A stretch of DNA of 64,000 nt from an uncultured virus (IMG/VR IMGVR_UViG_3300042090_002752) (IMGVR_UViG_3300042090_002752), one strand, 5' to 3'; shown: positions 18,552-28,749, counted from the stretch's first letter. The notes: generated by a model not told the origin, from the letters alone. Translations and numbers: made by a program.

Positions 18552-19285
18552 CAGAAGAGTCTCCAGTCAGCCGTGGCGGCGAAATAGATCAGTGCCAATC
18601 CGGCATTCGCGCGATCAACGACGAGCGAAGTATCGCCCATGATGGTCTGGCCCGACGCCGGCACGATGGTGAACGTGCTCGTCCCGCTGAGCCCGCTGAT
18701 GAAGAGCACCTGGTCGCCATCGGCCGTTCCTGCCGGCAGTGTTGCGACGACTCCAGGCACGGTCACGTAGTAGCCGTTTTGGAGCGCCGCGGTGAACGAA
18801 ACCGTGCGCGTGTTCCAGGCAAGCGTGGGCGCGCTCAGCGTGCCGTTCGCGTAGCTGAGCCCTGCGCCGACGGTCACGGGCGCAAAACCACCCTGGCCGT
18901 TGCCTGCCACGATCGCCGTCGTGTTTAAGACAGCCAGCGCCGTTGACTGGAGCGATGTCTCCCATGCAGTGATGAAGGCCAGCGTGCTGGCCTGCCACGC
19001 GGCTACGGCGGCCAACGCGTCCGCCTGCGACTGGGTGATGGCAGTGACGCTGGTGGCAGCATTCGCCACATCCTGATTAAGCGTGTCGAAGGTTGGGCTC
19101 AGCACGGAGTCGAGCCGGGCAAGACCGAAGTCGGTCAACTCCTGCACGGCCGCTTGCCAGGCGATATTGAGCGCTTCCAGCGCCGCAATGCGCGTGTCCA
19201 AATCCTGGAAGCGCGGGTTGAAAGTCCCCGCGCTCAGTGGCGTCTGACCGTCCGTGAAGCGGTATTTATCGAAGCTGAGTGGCAT
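18551..19285 (-). CDS. Tail/baseplate-associated fibre protein
   Basis: FNPRFQDLDTRI coiled coil; C-terminal SFTAA...ATLPA...GDQV...LIY...WRL fibre-type domain. Confidence 0.7.
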   Translation of the reverse strand: MPLSFDKYRFTDGQTPLSAGTFNPRFQDLDTRIAALEALNIAWQAAVQELTDFGLARLDSVLSPTFDTLNQDVANAATSVTAITQSQADALAAVAAWQASTLAFITAWETSLQSTALAVLNTTAIVAGNGQGGFAPVTVGAGLSYANGTLSAPTLAWNTRTVSFTAALQNGYYVTVPGVVATLPAGTADGDQVLFISGLSGTSTFTIVPASGQTIMGDTSLVVDRANAGLALIYFAATADWRLF

Positions 19286-19457
19286 CCTGGACGCTCGCCT
19301 GGATCGGAATCAGTACATCCCCGCGGAGGCGATACTCCCGGCCCGGATACAGGCGCTCGCCCAGCACCTCCACGGTCTCCGCGAGATGCACGACATACTG
19401 GGCGCCAGGATCAATAGCGGGCGCCTCGCTGGATTTCTGTTCAGTAGTTGTTGGCAT
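19266..19457 (-). CDS. Small hypothetical tail-module protein
   Basis: GGAGG RBS; 63-aa ORF in the tightly packed tail operon. Confidence 0.6.
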   Translation of the reverse strand: MPTTTEQKSSEAPAIDPGAQYVVHLAETVEVLGERLYPGREYRLRGDVLIPIQASVQDATQLR

Positions 19458-19469
19458 GAAGACCTCCTG

Positions 19470-21674
19470 TTACTGCGCAACGTCGGTGCGCTCAACGACC
19501 TGGAATGGCGCGGCGGTGGATTGCCGCGTGCCCTGGGTGTTGATGCTGTATGTGGTAATTCCCGTGCCCGGGGTGAACTTAAACGTGAACCGCAAGCCCA
19601 CGCCATCGGGCTCCAGTGCGGAGCTGGTCACCGAAGGCGTGATCGTGTTCCCGCCGTTCGCGAGCGTGCAAGTGAGCGTGTGCACGGCCGCGTTGTAACC
19701 GACGACGACCACCTGAACCTGAATGTTGGTACTCGCGGGCGAGATCGTCCGCAACTCGCTCGTGTGATTGAACGCCAGTGCCGGCCGGGAAACCACAACG
19801 CCGGTCGTGGTCGCGAGCACGGCCGGCGCCAGGTCCGAGGTGCCCAGGAAGACGGCCCGCAGCGGCACGAGTTGTGGAGCAGCGTTCAGAGGCGCGGTGG
19901 TGTCGCCCAGGTTGTACCACTGGCCGTTGACCTGGAACTGAATCTGCAGGCTGGTACCCTGCGGCGTGACCTGAGAAACGTTGATGGCGAGATCCGTGAG
20001 GCCGCCGGCCAGCGAGACGGGCTGCAGTTGGACCTGGGACAGAGCGTTGGTGAACTGCGCGCCGTACAGCGTGAACATCAGATCCTTGGTCAGATCGCCG
20101 GTGAAATATGCGCCATCGGTCGAATAGAAAATCGTGCCGTTGGTGTAGTTGTTCCCGCTCACCACCGCCACGCGGTGGTTGCCCTGTGTGATCAGCACCA
20201 GCGCGTAGCGCGTGCCGGCTTCAAGCAGCACGGCCGGGATCGGGATGTTCGTCGCCTTCGGATAAGTGTTCAGTGTCCCGACGGGGACGTTCACCGTGGC
20301 GATCGTATTCGTCAGGTCGGGTTGACCCGCCAGGGTCTTCGTCACCGCAACGGTGATATCGCCGGTCGATGCCACGGAGGTCAGGAACAGATCCAAGGCC
20401 GTGAGCCACATGGCGTTGGAAACCAGGAAGGTCTGCGCCACCATGGCACCGTTGATCGAGGTCGTGGAGGTTTGCAGCGCGTAGCTCGTCTGGGTGTAGG
20501 CGTACCAGTAGCCGCCCTGCAGGTTGTAGGCGTAGTACTGGTTGTAATAATTCCAGAACTGCCCTTGATACCAGCCGGGGTAATAATTCCAGCACCAGCC
20601 GTACCGATACTGCCAGACCGTTTCCTGCTGCTGGACCAGGGTCTGGCTCTGCACCTGATACTGCGACAGCGAGAGATCGCCGGAGTAGCCCGTGGTCTGA
20701 ATGCGCGGGACGCTCGTGTATGCCGGCAGAATCAGGCCACGCGCGCTCTTGACCACGCTCGAGTCGATCGGGTTGAACAGATCGAACGGGAATGTGCCGC
20801 TCGCAGCATCGGGGAAGACCAGCCCGTTGCTGATTTTGGCGGTATAGCCGGTCGCAGCCGGATTACTCTTCGTCAGATCGCCGAAGAAACTGGATTCGTA
20901 CGAGGAAAAGGAAGACGGCAGGTTGAGTTTCGCCTTCGTGCGCGCGAGATCAGCCGCCATCTGCGTCACCAAACTCAACGAGGCCATGCCGTTGGTCTTC
21001 GCCGCGAGCGCGCTCAGATCGGTGGCGAGCGACGAGGTCTTGAGTTGCACCTGTGTGCTCGTACTTTCGAGCGTCGTAACGCGGGATTCGTGGCTCGCCA
21101 GGTTGGGCAGGATGTTGCCCGACTGCATGGCAACCCCGGTGATGCCGGTCGGAGAAATCGTGATGGTCGCGATGAGCAGGGCATTCGCCGGAATTGTCGG
21201 CAACTGCGGCACCGGCGACTCGACGCCGGCGACAAACTGCAGATTGCAAGTGCGGACGGTCTGCAGAGCGGTCGACTGCGTCTGCGCCAGACCGGTCTGT
21301 GCATTCACCAGAAACGAGCGCGGCTCCACATCGGCATTCGCATCGACCGAGCCCCAGGCGATGAGCGCGATGAGCTTCGGATTGTTCAGCGGCAGCATGG
21401 CCTGCAGGGAATTGGTGGTCGCCGTGGGGTACTGATACACCCACAAGCCGGCGCTGCCCGAAGGATTGGTGCCCTGCGCGTAAAGACGGCCGGGAGCCAC
21501 ATTCACCTGGGTCTGGCCATTTTGGGTGGCGGCGAGCCCGGTGAAGTACATGCCAGCCGGGGCGATCGCGTCCAGCGCAATGTGGTCGATGCCGTCCGAG
21601 GTCCACTGCTGCAAGTCAATGAAGTCCTGCACCTGGAAGTCCATGTTTTGCTGAAAGTTGAATTGTTGTTCCAT
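19470..21674 (-). CDS. Large baseplate wedge / tail fibre attachment protein (DUF4815-like region)
   Basis: Follows gpI; AQTF...LTALDLF, P.LLEAG.RYALVL and DLMF.LY.AQF motifs. Confidence 0.7.
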   Translation of the reverse strand: MEQQFNFQQNMDFQVQDFIDLQQWTSDGIDHIALDAIAPAGMYFTGLAATQNGQTQVNVAPGRLYAQGTNPSGSAGLWVYQYPTATTNSLQAMLPLNNPKLIALIAWGSVDANADVEPRSFLVNAQTGLAQTQSTALQTVRTCNLQFVAGVESPVPQLPTIPANALLIATITISPTGITGVAMQSGNILPNLASHESRVTTLESTSTQVQLKTSSLATDLSALAAKTNGMASLSLVTQMAADLARTKAKLNLPSSFSSYESSFFGDLTKSNPAATGYTAKISNGLVFPDAASGTFPFDLFNPIDSSVVKSARGLILPAYTSVPRIQTTGYSGDLSLSQYQVQSQTLVQQQETVWQYRYGWCWNYYPGWYQGQFWNYYNQYYAYNLQGGYWYAYTQTSYALQTSTTSINGAMVAQTFLVSNAMWLTALDLFLTSVASTGDITVAVTKTLAGQPDLTNTIATVNVPVGTLNTYPKATNIPIPAVLLEAGTRYALVLITQGNHRVAVVSGNNYTNGTIFYSTDGAYFTGDLTKDLMFTLYGAQFTNALSQVQLQPVSLAGGLTDLAINVSQVTPQGTSLQIQFQVNGQWYNLGDTTAPLNAAPQLVPLRAVFLGTSDLAPAVLATTTGVVVSRPALAFNHTSELRTISPASTNIQVQVVVVGYNAAVHTLTCTLANGGNTITPSVTSSALEPDGVGLRFTFKFTPGTGITTYSINTQGTRQSTAAPFQVVERTDVAQ

Positions 21675-21689
21675 CGGATCTCTCTTTAC

Positions 21690-22910
21690 TCACTCACGCG
21701 GCAGCATCGCGCCGCACATCGTCGCCCGACCACACTGCGCCTGGCGTCCGCAAGTTACGACCGCATAGTTGCGGGTATCGACGAGCAATGTGTCCCGGAG
21801 CGAGGCACAGCGCGCCAGGCTGTCGCAATAGCGCGTCAGCCACTCGTAATCCTCCGCAACAAAAAACCCCTGGCCAAAGTAGGTGGGCGCCCATGGCGAG
21901 CGCTGCAACGGGAACCAGGCCCGGATCTGCGCCGTGTGCGGTTGGACGCCGGTGTGCACGGCATCGACAAAGAAGCTCTTGCCACCGGCCTCGAGCGTCC
22001 GGGTGGAATCGAAGAGATACAGCCGGGCGTGCACGTGGCTGGCCGCCTCCGATCCACGCCAGTACAGCCCCGCGCCCGCGAAGCCGAGCCCCGGAAAGAT
22101 GCTTTGCGCCGGGTAAGTCTCCGAAATCCAGTCGGGAAAGACCTGCGTCGGATCCACGCCGGCGTCGACGAGCTTGTAATTGACGCCCAGCCCGGGCCCC
22201 GCGTAACTTTGCATGAGTTGCAGCAGGTAAACCGGCGCATCTACAGCAGTGCCGAATCTCGGAAAGCCGCCAGCGTAGGTTCCGTGCGGATTACGGATTG
22301 GCACTTGGATCTGCAAGTAGGCCACACCGGCAGCAGTCCACTCCGAAACTGCGCATTGAGTGGTCGATCCCTGATCCTCAATGAACGCCTGCGGCAGTGC
22401 TCGTTCCGCCGCGCCCAGGTCGACGCCATAACAGTGGCCCATGAACCGGCCGGCGAACGTCGCACCATCCGGAACCGCGAACGGATCGCAGTCGGTGCGC
22501 AGGATCAGTTGCGGATAGACAGCCAGCGCCGCGTCCTTCTCTGCCTGCGTTTGCGCCGCGCCATAGTAAAGCTGGCAGGGTGGCCGGACGACGTTCGTCA
22601 CCGTGCCACCATAAAGCCCGGTCACCCGTCGAACACCAGCGAGTGTCCCGTCGACCCGGTGATCCGCGAGGGCAGAGCCAACTACTTCGCGCTTCTTCGC
22701 CTCATCCCACGCGGCGTCCCACGCATCGACGCCCAACGCCCAGGCGAGCCAGGGCAACAACGCCGCGGGGATTGTCTGCGGATTCCACAGTGCGCGGATG
22801 CCCACCGGACCGTCGTCGCCGAGGCGCCATCCCGCGCTCTCAATGTTCCTCTCGACCGGCGTCGCATTGGGTGGCAACACGGACGGGGGCAGCGAGGGTG
22901 TCGTGCTCAT
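21690..22910 (-). CDS. P2 gpI-like tail protein
   Basis: VLPPNATPVER...IRALWNP...LLPWLAWALGVDAWD..W....KR...HR..GT. Confidence 0.9.
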   Translation of the reverse strand: MSTTPSLPPSVLPPNATPVERNIESAGWRLGDDGPVGIRALWNPQTIPAALLPWLAWALGVDAWDAAWDEAKKREVVGSALADHRVDGTLAGVRRVTGLYGGTVTNVVRPPCQLYYGAAQTQAEKDAALAVYPQLILRTDCDPFAVPDGATFAGRFMGHCYGVDLGAAERALPQAFIEDQGSTTQCAVSEWTAAGVAYLQIQVPIRNPHGTYAGGFPRFGTAVDAPVYLLQLMQSYAGPGLGVNYKLVDAGVDPTQVFPDWISETYPAQSIFPGLGFAGAGLYWRGSEAASHVHARLYLFDSTRTLEAGGKSFFVDAVHTGVQPHTAQIRAWFPLQRSPWAPTYFGQGFFVAEDYEWLTRYCDSLARCASLRDTLLVDTRNYAVVTCGRQAQCGRATMCGAMLPRE

Positions 22911-23788
22911 TCCGTCCTCGCTGGCGCAATGGTGACGGTCACCGCGTCACAGACGTTGATCTTGTACGGATCACCAGCAACGTCGCTCACCGGCGCCTGA
23001 ATTGTCGCGTTTTGGACACCGGCCTGGTCGAGAGCGCCGTACATGCCGGCGAGCGTGATGCCGTAGCCCAGCCGTTGTACGTTCTGCGTGTAGGCCGTGA
23101 GCGCGTTGGTGATCGCCGTTGTGACGGCACTCGCGTCCGGTCCGGGGTAGAGCGTCACGGTGGCCGCTATTAAATAATGTTGGATCTGTGCCGCCTGCAC
23201 CTCCACCACATCGGTCAGCGGCCGGACGTCATCCGCGTTGAGCGCGGCAGACACCACGGCCAGCAGGTCCGGCGAAGCAGCGCCGCCGTTATCGGTGCTG
23301 TAGATGGTCACAACGACATTACCTGGCGCCGGCGAGAACGCACTGGCGTCCGCCACGCGCAGGTCGGCCGAGAACGCAAAGTAGATGTAGGCGTTCCCCG
23401 GGCCGGCGCATGAGAAAGCATCCGGTGCGAGTTGCGCGCGCAGGCGCAGCCGGTCGTCCGTCTCTGTCGTCACGTTGCCCTGCGCATCCGTGAACGTCAT
23501 GCGCTGGACGCCGAACAGCGCCGCCAGATTGTCCAGGTCCGAGCCCAGCGCGGTGGCCAGCATGTTGGCGTTCGCGGCGTCGTTGATCCGCTGGCGCAAG
23601 AGCATCTCCCGGTAGGCGAAGGCCTCCACCAGCTTCACTGCCGGATCCGACTCGAGCAGCGCGGAAAACGAGGGATCGCGCGTCACCAGGTCCTGCAGAA
23701 TGTCGAGCTTGATCGACTCGAAGTCGATCGTCTCCACCACGTCCGGCGGAGTGAGCGTCGAAAGGTCGATCAGGTTGAAGCGGCTCAT
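22907..23788 (-). CDS. Baseplate J-like protein
   Basis: IDLSTL.PPDVVE.IDFE, ESDPAVKL, AYREMLLRQRIN, FSCAGP and VRPLTD motifs. Confidence 0.95.
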   Translation of the reverse strand: MSRFNLIDLSTLTPPDVVETIDFESIKLDILQDLVTRDPSFSALLESDPAVKLVEAFAYREMLLRQRINDAANANMLATALGSDLDNLAALFGVQRMTFTDAQGNVTTETDDRLRLRAQLAPDAFSCAGPGNAYIYFAFSADLRVADASAFSPAPGNVVVTIYSTDNGGAASPDLLAVVSAALNADDVRPLTDVVEVQAAQIQHYLIAATVTLYPGPDASAVTTAITNALTAYTQNVQRLGYGITLAGMYGALDQAGVQNATIQAPVSDVAGDPYKINVCDAVTVTIAPARTE

Positions 23789-24126
23789 GAAAGTTTCAGG
23801 CCCTCAATGTTGATGACTTGCCCATCCGGCAAATACAGCGCAGTCAGATTGATGGAGATGGAACCGTTCGCCGGGTCCGCCGCGACCGTTACGCTCTGCA
23901 CCTGAATCCGCGGCTCCCAGGTGGAAAGCGCGCCTACAGTGGCCGCCGTGATCGCCATCTTGGTGCTTTCGTTAAGCGGCTGGTCAACCAGCGAAAAGAG
24001 ATTCGAGCCGTAGTCGCGCAACATCACCCGGCTGAGCTTCGGCGTCAGGAGGATGTCGCGGATGCTCTGCTCGAGATGGCTGAGGCCGGCCAGCTCTGCG
24101 CCGGTGTCGACATTCATGCCGATCAT
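23785..24126 (-). CDS. Baseplate W / gp25-like protein
   Basis: GMN..TG..L.GL.HL.QSIRDILLTP..SRVM.RDYGS...WEPRI. Confidence 0.95.
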   Translation of the reverse strand: MIGMNVDTGAELAGLSHLEQSIRDILLTPKLSRVMLRDYGSNLFSLVDQPLNESTKMAITAATVGALSTWEPRIQVQSVTVAADPANGSISINLTALYLPDGQVINIEGLKLS

Positions 24127-24743
24127 AATTGCGACGGCGGAACCGACTGCGCTACCGAGCCGGTGGCGCGCACATCGCCGGCCACCTTCAGCGTGCCGGC
24201 CACCTTCCCGTTCAACGTTAGATCGCCATTGAGAGTCAGTGCGCCGGCAAGCGTCATGCCGCCCTGCACATTCATCGTGACCGCCTGCGCGGTGACCGTG
24301 GCGTTGCCCTGAATATTGATCGTCACCGCGCCCACCGCCTGAACAGTGAAGGCGTGCGCCGCGCGGTCATAAGTGATCGTCGTCCCGTCGGAGTATTTCG
24401 TGACGTTCTGATCCGCGCTTTGAGATGGCGCCGGCTTCGAGCCGGAGTAGAGCGAGCCGATAATCACGCCCTGCGACAGGCTTCCACCGGGGCACAGGAT
24501 CGCCACATGCTCACCGGCCTCCGGCGCCCACCAGGTCACATCGCCGCCGGCGCGCGCCGTCAGCCAGGGAAGAGGCGCGGTTTGCACCTCTCCCACTTGC
24601 ACGGTCGCCAGAGCGTTTTCGAGGTCCACAGAGATGACCAGGCCGCGATGAATCAGATTGCTCACCTGATGGTTGAGCCGCGCGGTGTCCGGATCCTGCA
24701 GATCGCCGGTCCTGGCGCCGCGTTGAATCAGAAGGTCCAGCAC
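24123..24743 (-). CDS. Baseplate assembly protein V (spike)
   Basis: LPWLTARAGGDVTWWAPEAGEHV.ILCPGG...YSDGT.ITYD. Confidence 0.93.
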   Translation of the reverse strand: MLDLLIQRGARTGDLQDPDTARLNHQVSNLIHRGLVISVDLENALATVQVGEVQTAPLPWLTARAGGDVTWWAPEAGEHVAILCPGGSLSQGVIIGSLYSGSKPAPSQSADQNVTKYSDGTTITYDRAAHAFTVQAVGAVTINIQGNATVTAQAVTMNVQGGMTLAGALTLNGDLTLNGKVAGTLKVAGDVRATGSVAQSVPPSQL

Positions 24744-24746
24744 GCC

Positions 24747-25313
24747 TTAGCTGCCCACCACTTCGATGTAATCCGCCTGATTGGCAGCGCCGATGTCCGG
24801 CGCAATGCCGACAAAGACCTTCGTGGGCGGGACGCCCTCCACACGGGGATCTGTGATGGTCTCTGTGTAGTACGTGACCGTGTAAACGAGTTGCACCATC
24901 GCGACGGCATCGACTCCACCGGGCTTGAGAGTGACTGAGGTGCGCTGCAGCAGGGACTTCGAAGCCAAGCCGCCCAGTGTCGGATCGGAATCCATGAATG
25001 CTTCGATCTGGTATGCGAGCTGATCGAGCTGCCTGTCGATCGGAACGCCAGAGCGGGGCATCTCCATGATGCCGGCCACCGCGAGCACCAGCTCCCGAGT
25101 CAGCCGGCCCGGGCAGTCAGGATCATTTGATACCCACGAATCCTTCTGATCGACTGACTCGCTGGGCGTGTGGACGAAGATCGCAGGCGACCAGTTATCG
25201 CCTACCGGTTCAATCCGGTTTGCAAAAACCTGGGCGCCAGCGAGCGTTGACGCGTTCACCAGGCCCGCTGCAACGTAGTCCCGAATCAGAGACCGGGGAT
25301 GATCTGTAGGCAT
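24747..25313 (-). CDS. Putative tail terminator / completion protein
   Basis: HPRSLIRD...AG..VF.NR...PAIFV...LDQLA.QIE..M..DPTLGG; lies between the head-tail joining gene and gpV. Confidence 0.65.
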   Translation of the reverse strand: MPTDHPRSLIRDYVAAGLVNASTLAGAQVFANRIEPVGDNWSPAIFVHTPSESVDQKDSWVSNDPDCPGRLTRELVLAVAGIMEMPRSGVPIDRQLDQLAYQIEAFMDSDPTLGGLASKSLLQRTSVTLKPGGVDAVAMVQLVYTVTYYTETITDPRVEGVPPTKVFVGIAPDIGAANQADYIEVVGS

Positions 25314-25669
25314 CAGGGTTGTTTCTTCAAAAGGAGAAGTGCGCCGCCGTTCTTGTTGACCACGTCGCCCTGCTCGTCCGGCTGCACATCCCAGATCGCG
25401 TAGTTCACTTCGTTGACAGCCACGGTGTCATCCTGCACCGGGCCCGCCGTGCCGGCGAAATCCGCCAGCCGGACGCCCAGCACCGGGTGGACCGTCGTGA
25501 TCGTGCTGCCGTAGCCGTCGAGCTTGACATTCTCGTAAGCAGCGTTGAAATACCCAGACAGAGTGAGCGTGCTGCCGCCGCTGAAGGTGTAAACGTAGGA
25601 GGTGCCGAATCCGGTGTCCGGATCGAGCAGCGTCTCCAGCATGTCGTCAACTCGGTCTTGCCAGCTCAT
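25313..25669 (-). CDS. Head-tail joining protein (FII-like)
   Basis: GYFNAAY...P.LGVRLADF...P.QDD.V......Y.I.DVQPD; position in the head-tail region. Confidence 0.7.
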   Translation of the reverse strand: MSWQDRVDDMLETLLDPDTGFGTSYVYTFSGGSTLTLSGYFNAAYENVKLDGYGSTITTVHPVLGVRLADFAGTAGPVQDDTVAVNEVNYAIWDVQPDEQGDVVNKNGGALLLLKKQP

Positions 25670-25901
25670 TGCAAAAAACGGGAGTGATCTTGAGCTCCCG
25701 CGGAAGCGGAGGGATGGGCTCGATTAGATTAGGTTTGGGTGCCGCCTGAGAAACAAAAGCGGGATGGTGACTGCACTGCCAAGCGGTTCGTAACCACTGC
25801 GTCGGCAGCGAGAATCTATTCCGATGGCCAGTGCGAAGGGCCGCTATCGACAGGAATCCAAACGCCTTCCGCCAGGTACGCTGGCCTTCGCTGAAAGCGA
25901 G

Positions 25902-25946
25902 TTCCCAAGCTGGACGCCGCAAGTTCGAGCCCGGTCTCCCGCTTCA
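25902..25946 (+). pseudogene. Degenerate 3' half of tRNA-Gly(CCC), att-like relic
   Basis: ttCCCaagctggacgccgcaaGTTCGAgcccggtctcccgcttCA gives anticodon loop, T-loop and acceptor 3' strand; no 5' half or D-arm. Confidence 0.7.
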
Positions 25947-26285
25947 TACTTTCAGTAGCTTAGGCGCCCATTGGCTCCTGCCTAACAGTCTCTTGATGGA
26001 GCGCGAGACGCAGGCGGGCTTCCCCAGCCGCATGATTTCACAGTGTCCAATGCAAGCCACCAAAGCTGGGGTGCCATTAAAAACCGCGTCAACACACGGC
26101 AATTGTGACCGACTTGGTTTCCGCCTCCATCCCTCTGGACCACCCAACAGCCAGGACACTAGGTACGCCGCGTGGCCACCGGTTTGGTGAAAATGCTGGG
26201 CCATCTATTCGGAGCACACGATAACTCTGAACGAGCAGCGCCCGAGACATAGGCTACCAATGCGGTACGATTGTGAGGAACGGCG

Positions 26286-26774
26286 ATGCCATCCATAAGA
26301 TTCACAGTGTTTAGTTTCGTCACACGACGGTTTACAGGGTTCAGGCGCGTCTGGTTGCTTACGCAAGCATTCGACTTTAGCCTAGATCTTCTCACTCTCG
26401 CGACGGCTCCTAGCGTAACGCGCGGTATCAAAGAGCTCATCAAGACAGTTCGGGATTGGCCCGACGTGAGAGTCTCCAAGCATCCGCTCGGCGGTACTCA
26501 ATTCAATTGCCGTGACACGGAGCTCGGTCACGTTCATTCAAATGGCGTTGTGGACATCCGTCTGACAGCGAGCGAACAGCTAGATGTCCTCACTCGAGGC
26601 CTGGCACATCGGCATCACGTCGCGCCTAAGAGCACCTGGGTCACATTTTTTATTGAAAAGTATGAGGACAAAGACCCAGCGGTATCGTTGTTGACGATTC
26701 CGTTTAAGCGTGTTACAACGCAGGCGCAAACACCACCCGCCTCCGAGTCACCGACCGAAGAATTTGTGCCATGA
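26286..26774 (+). CDS. DUF5519 / luciferase-like domain protein (start uncertain)
   Basis: WPDV...HPLGGTQF.....ELGHVHSNGVVDI...HHVAPKSTWVTF. Confidence 0.75.
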   Translation: MPSIRFTVFSFVTRRFTGFRRVWLLTQAFDFSLDLLTLATAPSVTRGIKELIKTVRDWPDVRVSKHPLGGTQFNCRDTELGHVHSNGVVDIRLTASEQLDVLTRGLAHRHHVAPKSTWVTFFIEKYEDKDPAVSLLTIPFKRVTTQAQTPPASESPTEEFVP

Positions 26775-26817
26775 GCGAGACTATTCACGGCCCATCTACA
26801 ATTAGGAGCTAGGACTT

Positions 26818-27762
26818 GTGCCACGCATTCTCTTTCTGCTAGCGAGTCCTCATGATCGAGCACCTTTGCAGCTTCAGCGGGAAGTGAAGCTCATAGAGGA
26901 TCGCCTCGCTGCGGCACCCTGGGGTGCTGGTTTCACTTGCGAGAAGATAGAACATCTCAGGCCGGATCAGCTGATTCCAACGCTCCTGCGTTACAAACCT
27001 GAGATAGTCCACTTCAGTGGACATGGTAACGAAAGAGGCGAACTGCTTTTCATTGATAGCACGGGCAATAGTCACGTGGTTCCGGATGGAGCGCTGCGCG
27101 ATGTTTTCAGCACATTAAGAGCGACGACTAAGTGTGTTGTGCTGAACGCCTGTTATTCTGCACAGCAAGCACAAGATATCGGGGAAGCGGTACCAATAGT
27201 CATCGGAATGTCGGCGGAGATAAGCTCTGCCGCTGCCATGACTTTTGCATCGACATTTTACGAAGCGCTTGCCTTCGACCGAAGTATTCAGGATGCTTTT
27301 GATCTGGGTGTCGCTCAAGTTCAATTGCTGCTTGGTTCGGAGTGCCACACTCCGGAGATACACTGCCGCAGCGATGTCGATCCGAAGGATTTCTACGTCC
27401 GCGCTAGCCCAAGATTACTTGCAGAATTTGTCATGCGAGGGTCTCGACCTAAGAAAGTCGATGGTGAATATGTTCTGCGCCTCCATATCGAGAATGCCCC
27501 GGAACAGACGAGTGCGGTTGTTTACCAGTATAACGACGACACAGTCCGCCCACGGGACCAGTTTTCCGAAGTGCGAACAGTAGCCGATAAGTTCGCGGAG
27601 GTGTGCTCATTCTATGGAGACATTGAAATCCGCGTGACGATTTGGACTGGAGCCGAAGGCCGAGGATTTGCAACAAGATTATCAGCAGCGCTCGAAGAAA
27701 ACTACGGAAAGAATAGTGATCCGCTGATTCTAAACGTGATCCAGAAGATTGCAGGAGACTAA
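26818..27762 (+). CDS. CHAT (caspase-like) protease fused to a C-terminal pYEATS-like domain
   Basis: RILFLLASP...LQLQRE, IVHFSGHG (catalytic His), VVLNACYS (catalytic Cys), FASTFYEAL; C-terminal Y.LRLHIE.AP....VVYQ...F....YGDIEIRV. Confidence 0.85.
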   Translation: MPRILFLLASPHDRAPLQLQREVKLIEDRLAAAPWGAGFTCEKIEHLRPDQLIPTLLRYKPEIVHFSGHGNERGELLFIDSTGNSHVVPDGALRDVFSTLRATTKCVVLNACYSAQQAQDIGEAVPIVIGMSAEISSAAAMTFASTFYEALAFDRSIQDAFDLGVAQVQLLLGSECHTPEIHCRSDVDPKDFYVRASPRLLAEFVMRGSRPKKVDGEYVLRLHIENAPEQTSAVVYQYNDDTVRPRDQFSEVRTVADKFAEVCSFYGDIEIRVTIWTGAEGRGFATRLSAALEENYGKNSDPLILNVIQKIAGD

Positions 27763-27772
27763 GGGAGCAAGC

Positions 27773-28660
27773 ATGTCCGACCACTCCATCATCCGCTTTG
27801 CGGATCGCGCCGCTGCATCACTAAGAGAAGAGTATAGCAATGAGCCCGAGAAGGAGCTGTTGTTATGGCTCCATTTAGCGCTTCGACGTGAAGCTATGGT
27901 AGGGCAGGCATACGACGAAACTCATCTAGCAATACATCTCGATGGCTTGAAGCGAAGAGGTCTCGGCCTGAGGGAGACCGAAGTTATTAGAACTGCTCTG
28001 GCGAGTGCCTGGGCACAAGAGAAAGGGCACGCATCTTACCTTGACGCTGTATTGACCGCAGTGGCCCCACCACAAAATATTGTAGAGCGAATCGGGATCA
28101 CGCTTCAGCGCGTAATGGGAATGCTCGAAGGAACGATAGTGGCAGACTTAGGTGCAGTCAGTCTGAGGCGGGCGCGAGCTAGAATCGCGATCGCCGTCGG
28201 GAAGCTCGTGGCAGAAGTGCCTCAGTTCATCGAGGAACTCGAAGTGACACAGTTTGACGACTTCTGCGGGATCAATGCAGATCTGGAGGCAACCGCAATA
28301 GCTGGTTACGAGCGCATGCTTGTTCTCTTACGTTCGATCACAGCCGGACGCAGGTTAGCACCGGGATCCACCTTGCGTTCGGATATCGGCCGGATGCTAA
28401 GGGACGAACGCTACCATCGCGAACTCTTTGATTGCCTAGGACTATTGTTCAACTCCAATTTGGCGCCGAGCTCGACAGTGGTATTGGAGAAAATCGAGCG
28501 CGCCCAGGAGCTAGCTTATGGGCCTGAAGATGAAATCCGGGGTTCAGCCCCCGGAATTCGGCCGGCTAAGCTAAGCGAGCGAGCCACAAGAGTGATGCAT
28601 GTCAATGCTACAGCAGTTGAGCTTGATCCCATAATCGTGGCTATGCGCGCAGCATTGTGA
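27773..28660 (+). CDS. Ferritin-like di-iron four-helix protein
   Basis: E...ExxH pairs: REAMV/QEKGH and LEATA/DERYH; ATG at 27773 follows AAGGGAG. Confidence 0.75.
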   Translation: MSDHSIIRFADRAAASLREEYSNEPEKELLLWLHLALRREAMVGQAYDETHLAIHLDGLKRRGLGLRETEVIRTALASAWAQEKGHASYLDAVLTAVAPPQNIVERIGITLQRVMGMLEGTIVADLGAVSLRRARARIAIAVGKLVAEVPQFIEELEVTQFDDFCGINADLEATAIAGYERMLVLLRSITAGRRLAPGSTLRSDIGRMLRDERYHRELFDCLGLLFNSNLAPSSTVVLEKIERAQELAYGPEDEIRGSAPGIRPAKLSERATRVMHVNATAVELDPIIVAMRAAL

Positions 28661-28749
28661 ACATTCGGAGTAGAACTCATCTTCGAGCAATGAAAACTCG
28701 GCACACCGAGCACGCTCGCCCTGTCCGTGACGCGAATTTGGCTATCTGG

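Noticed and set aside
19254..23000. 1248-aa plus-strand ORF, and likewise 29694..32477 and 15342..16907
   Set aside because: These are antisense shadows of well-supported minus-strand phage genes in high-GC DNA, with no recognisable motifs.
9613..25313. Tailocin, eCIS or T6SS interpretation of the contractile tail genes
   Set aside because: They are linked to complete head, packaging, replication and integrase modules, so this is a prophage.
25902..25946. Functional tRNA-Gly
   Set aside because: It lacks the 5' acceptor strand and D-arm, and the T-stem and CCA are mutated.
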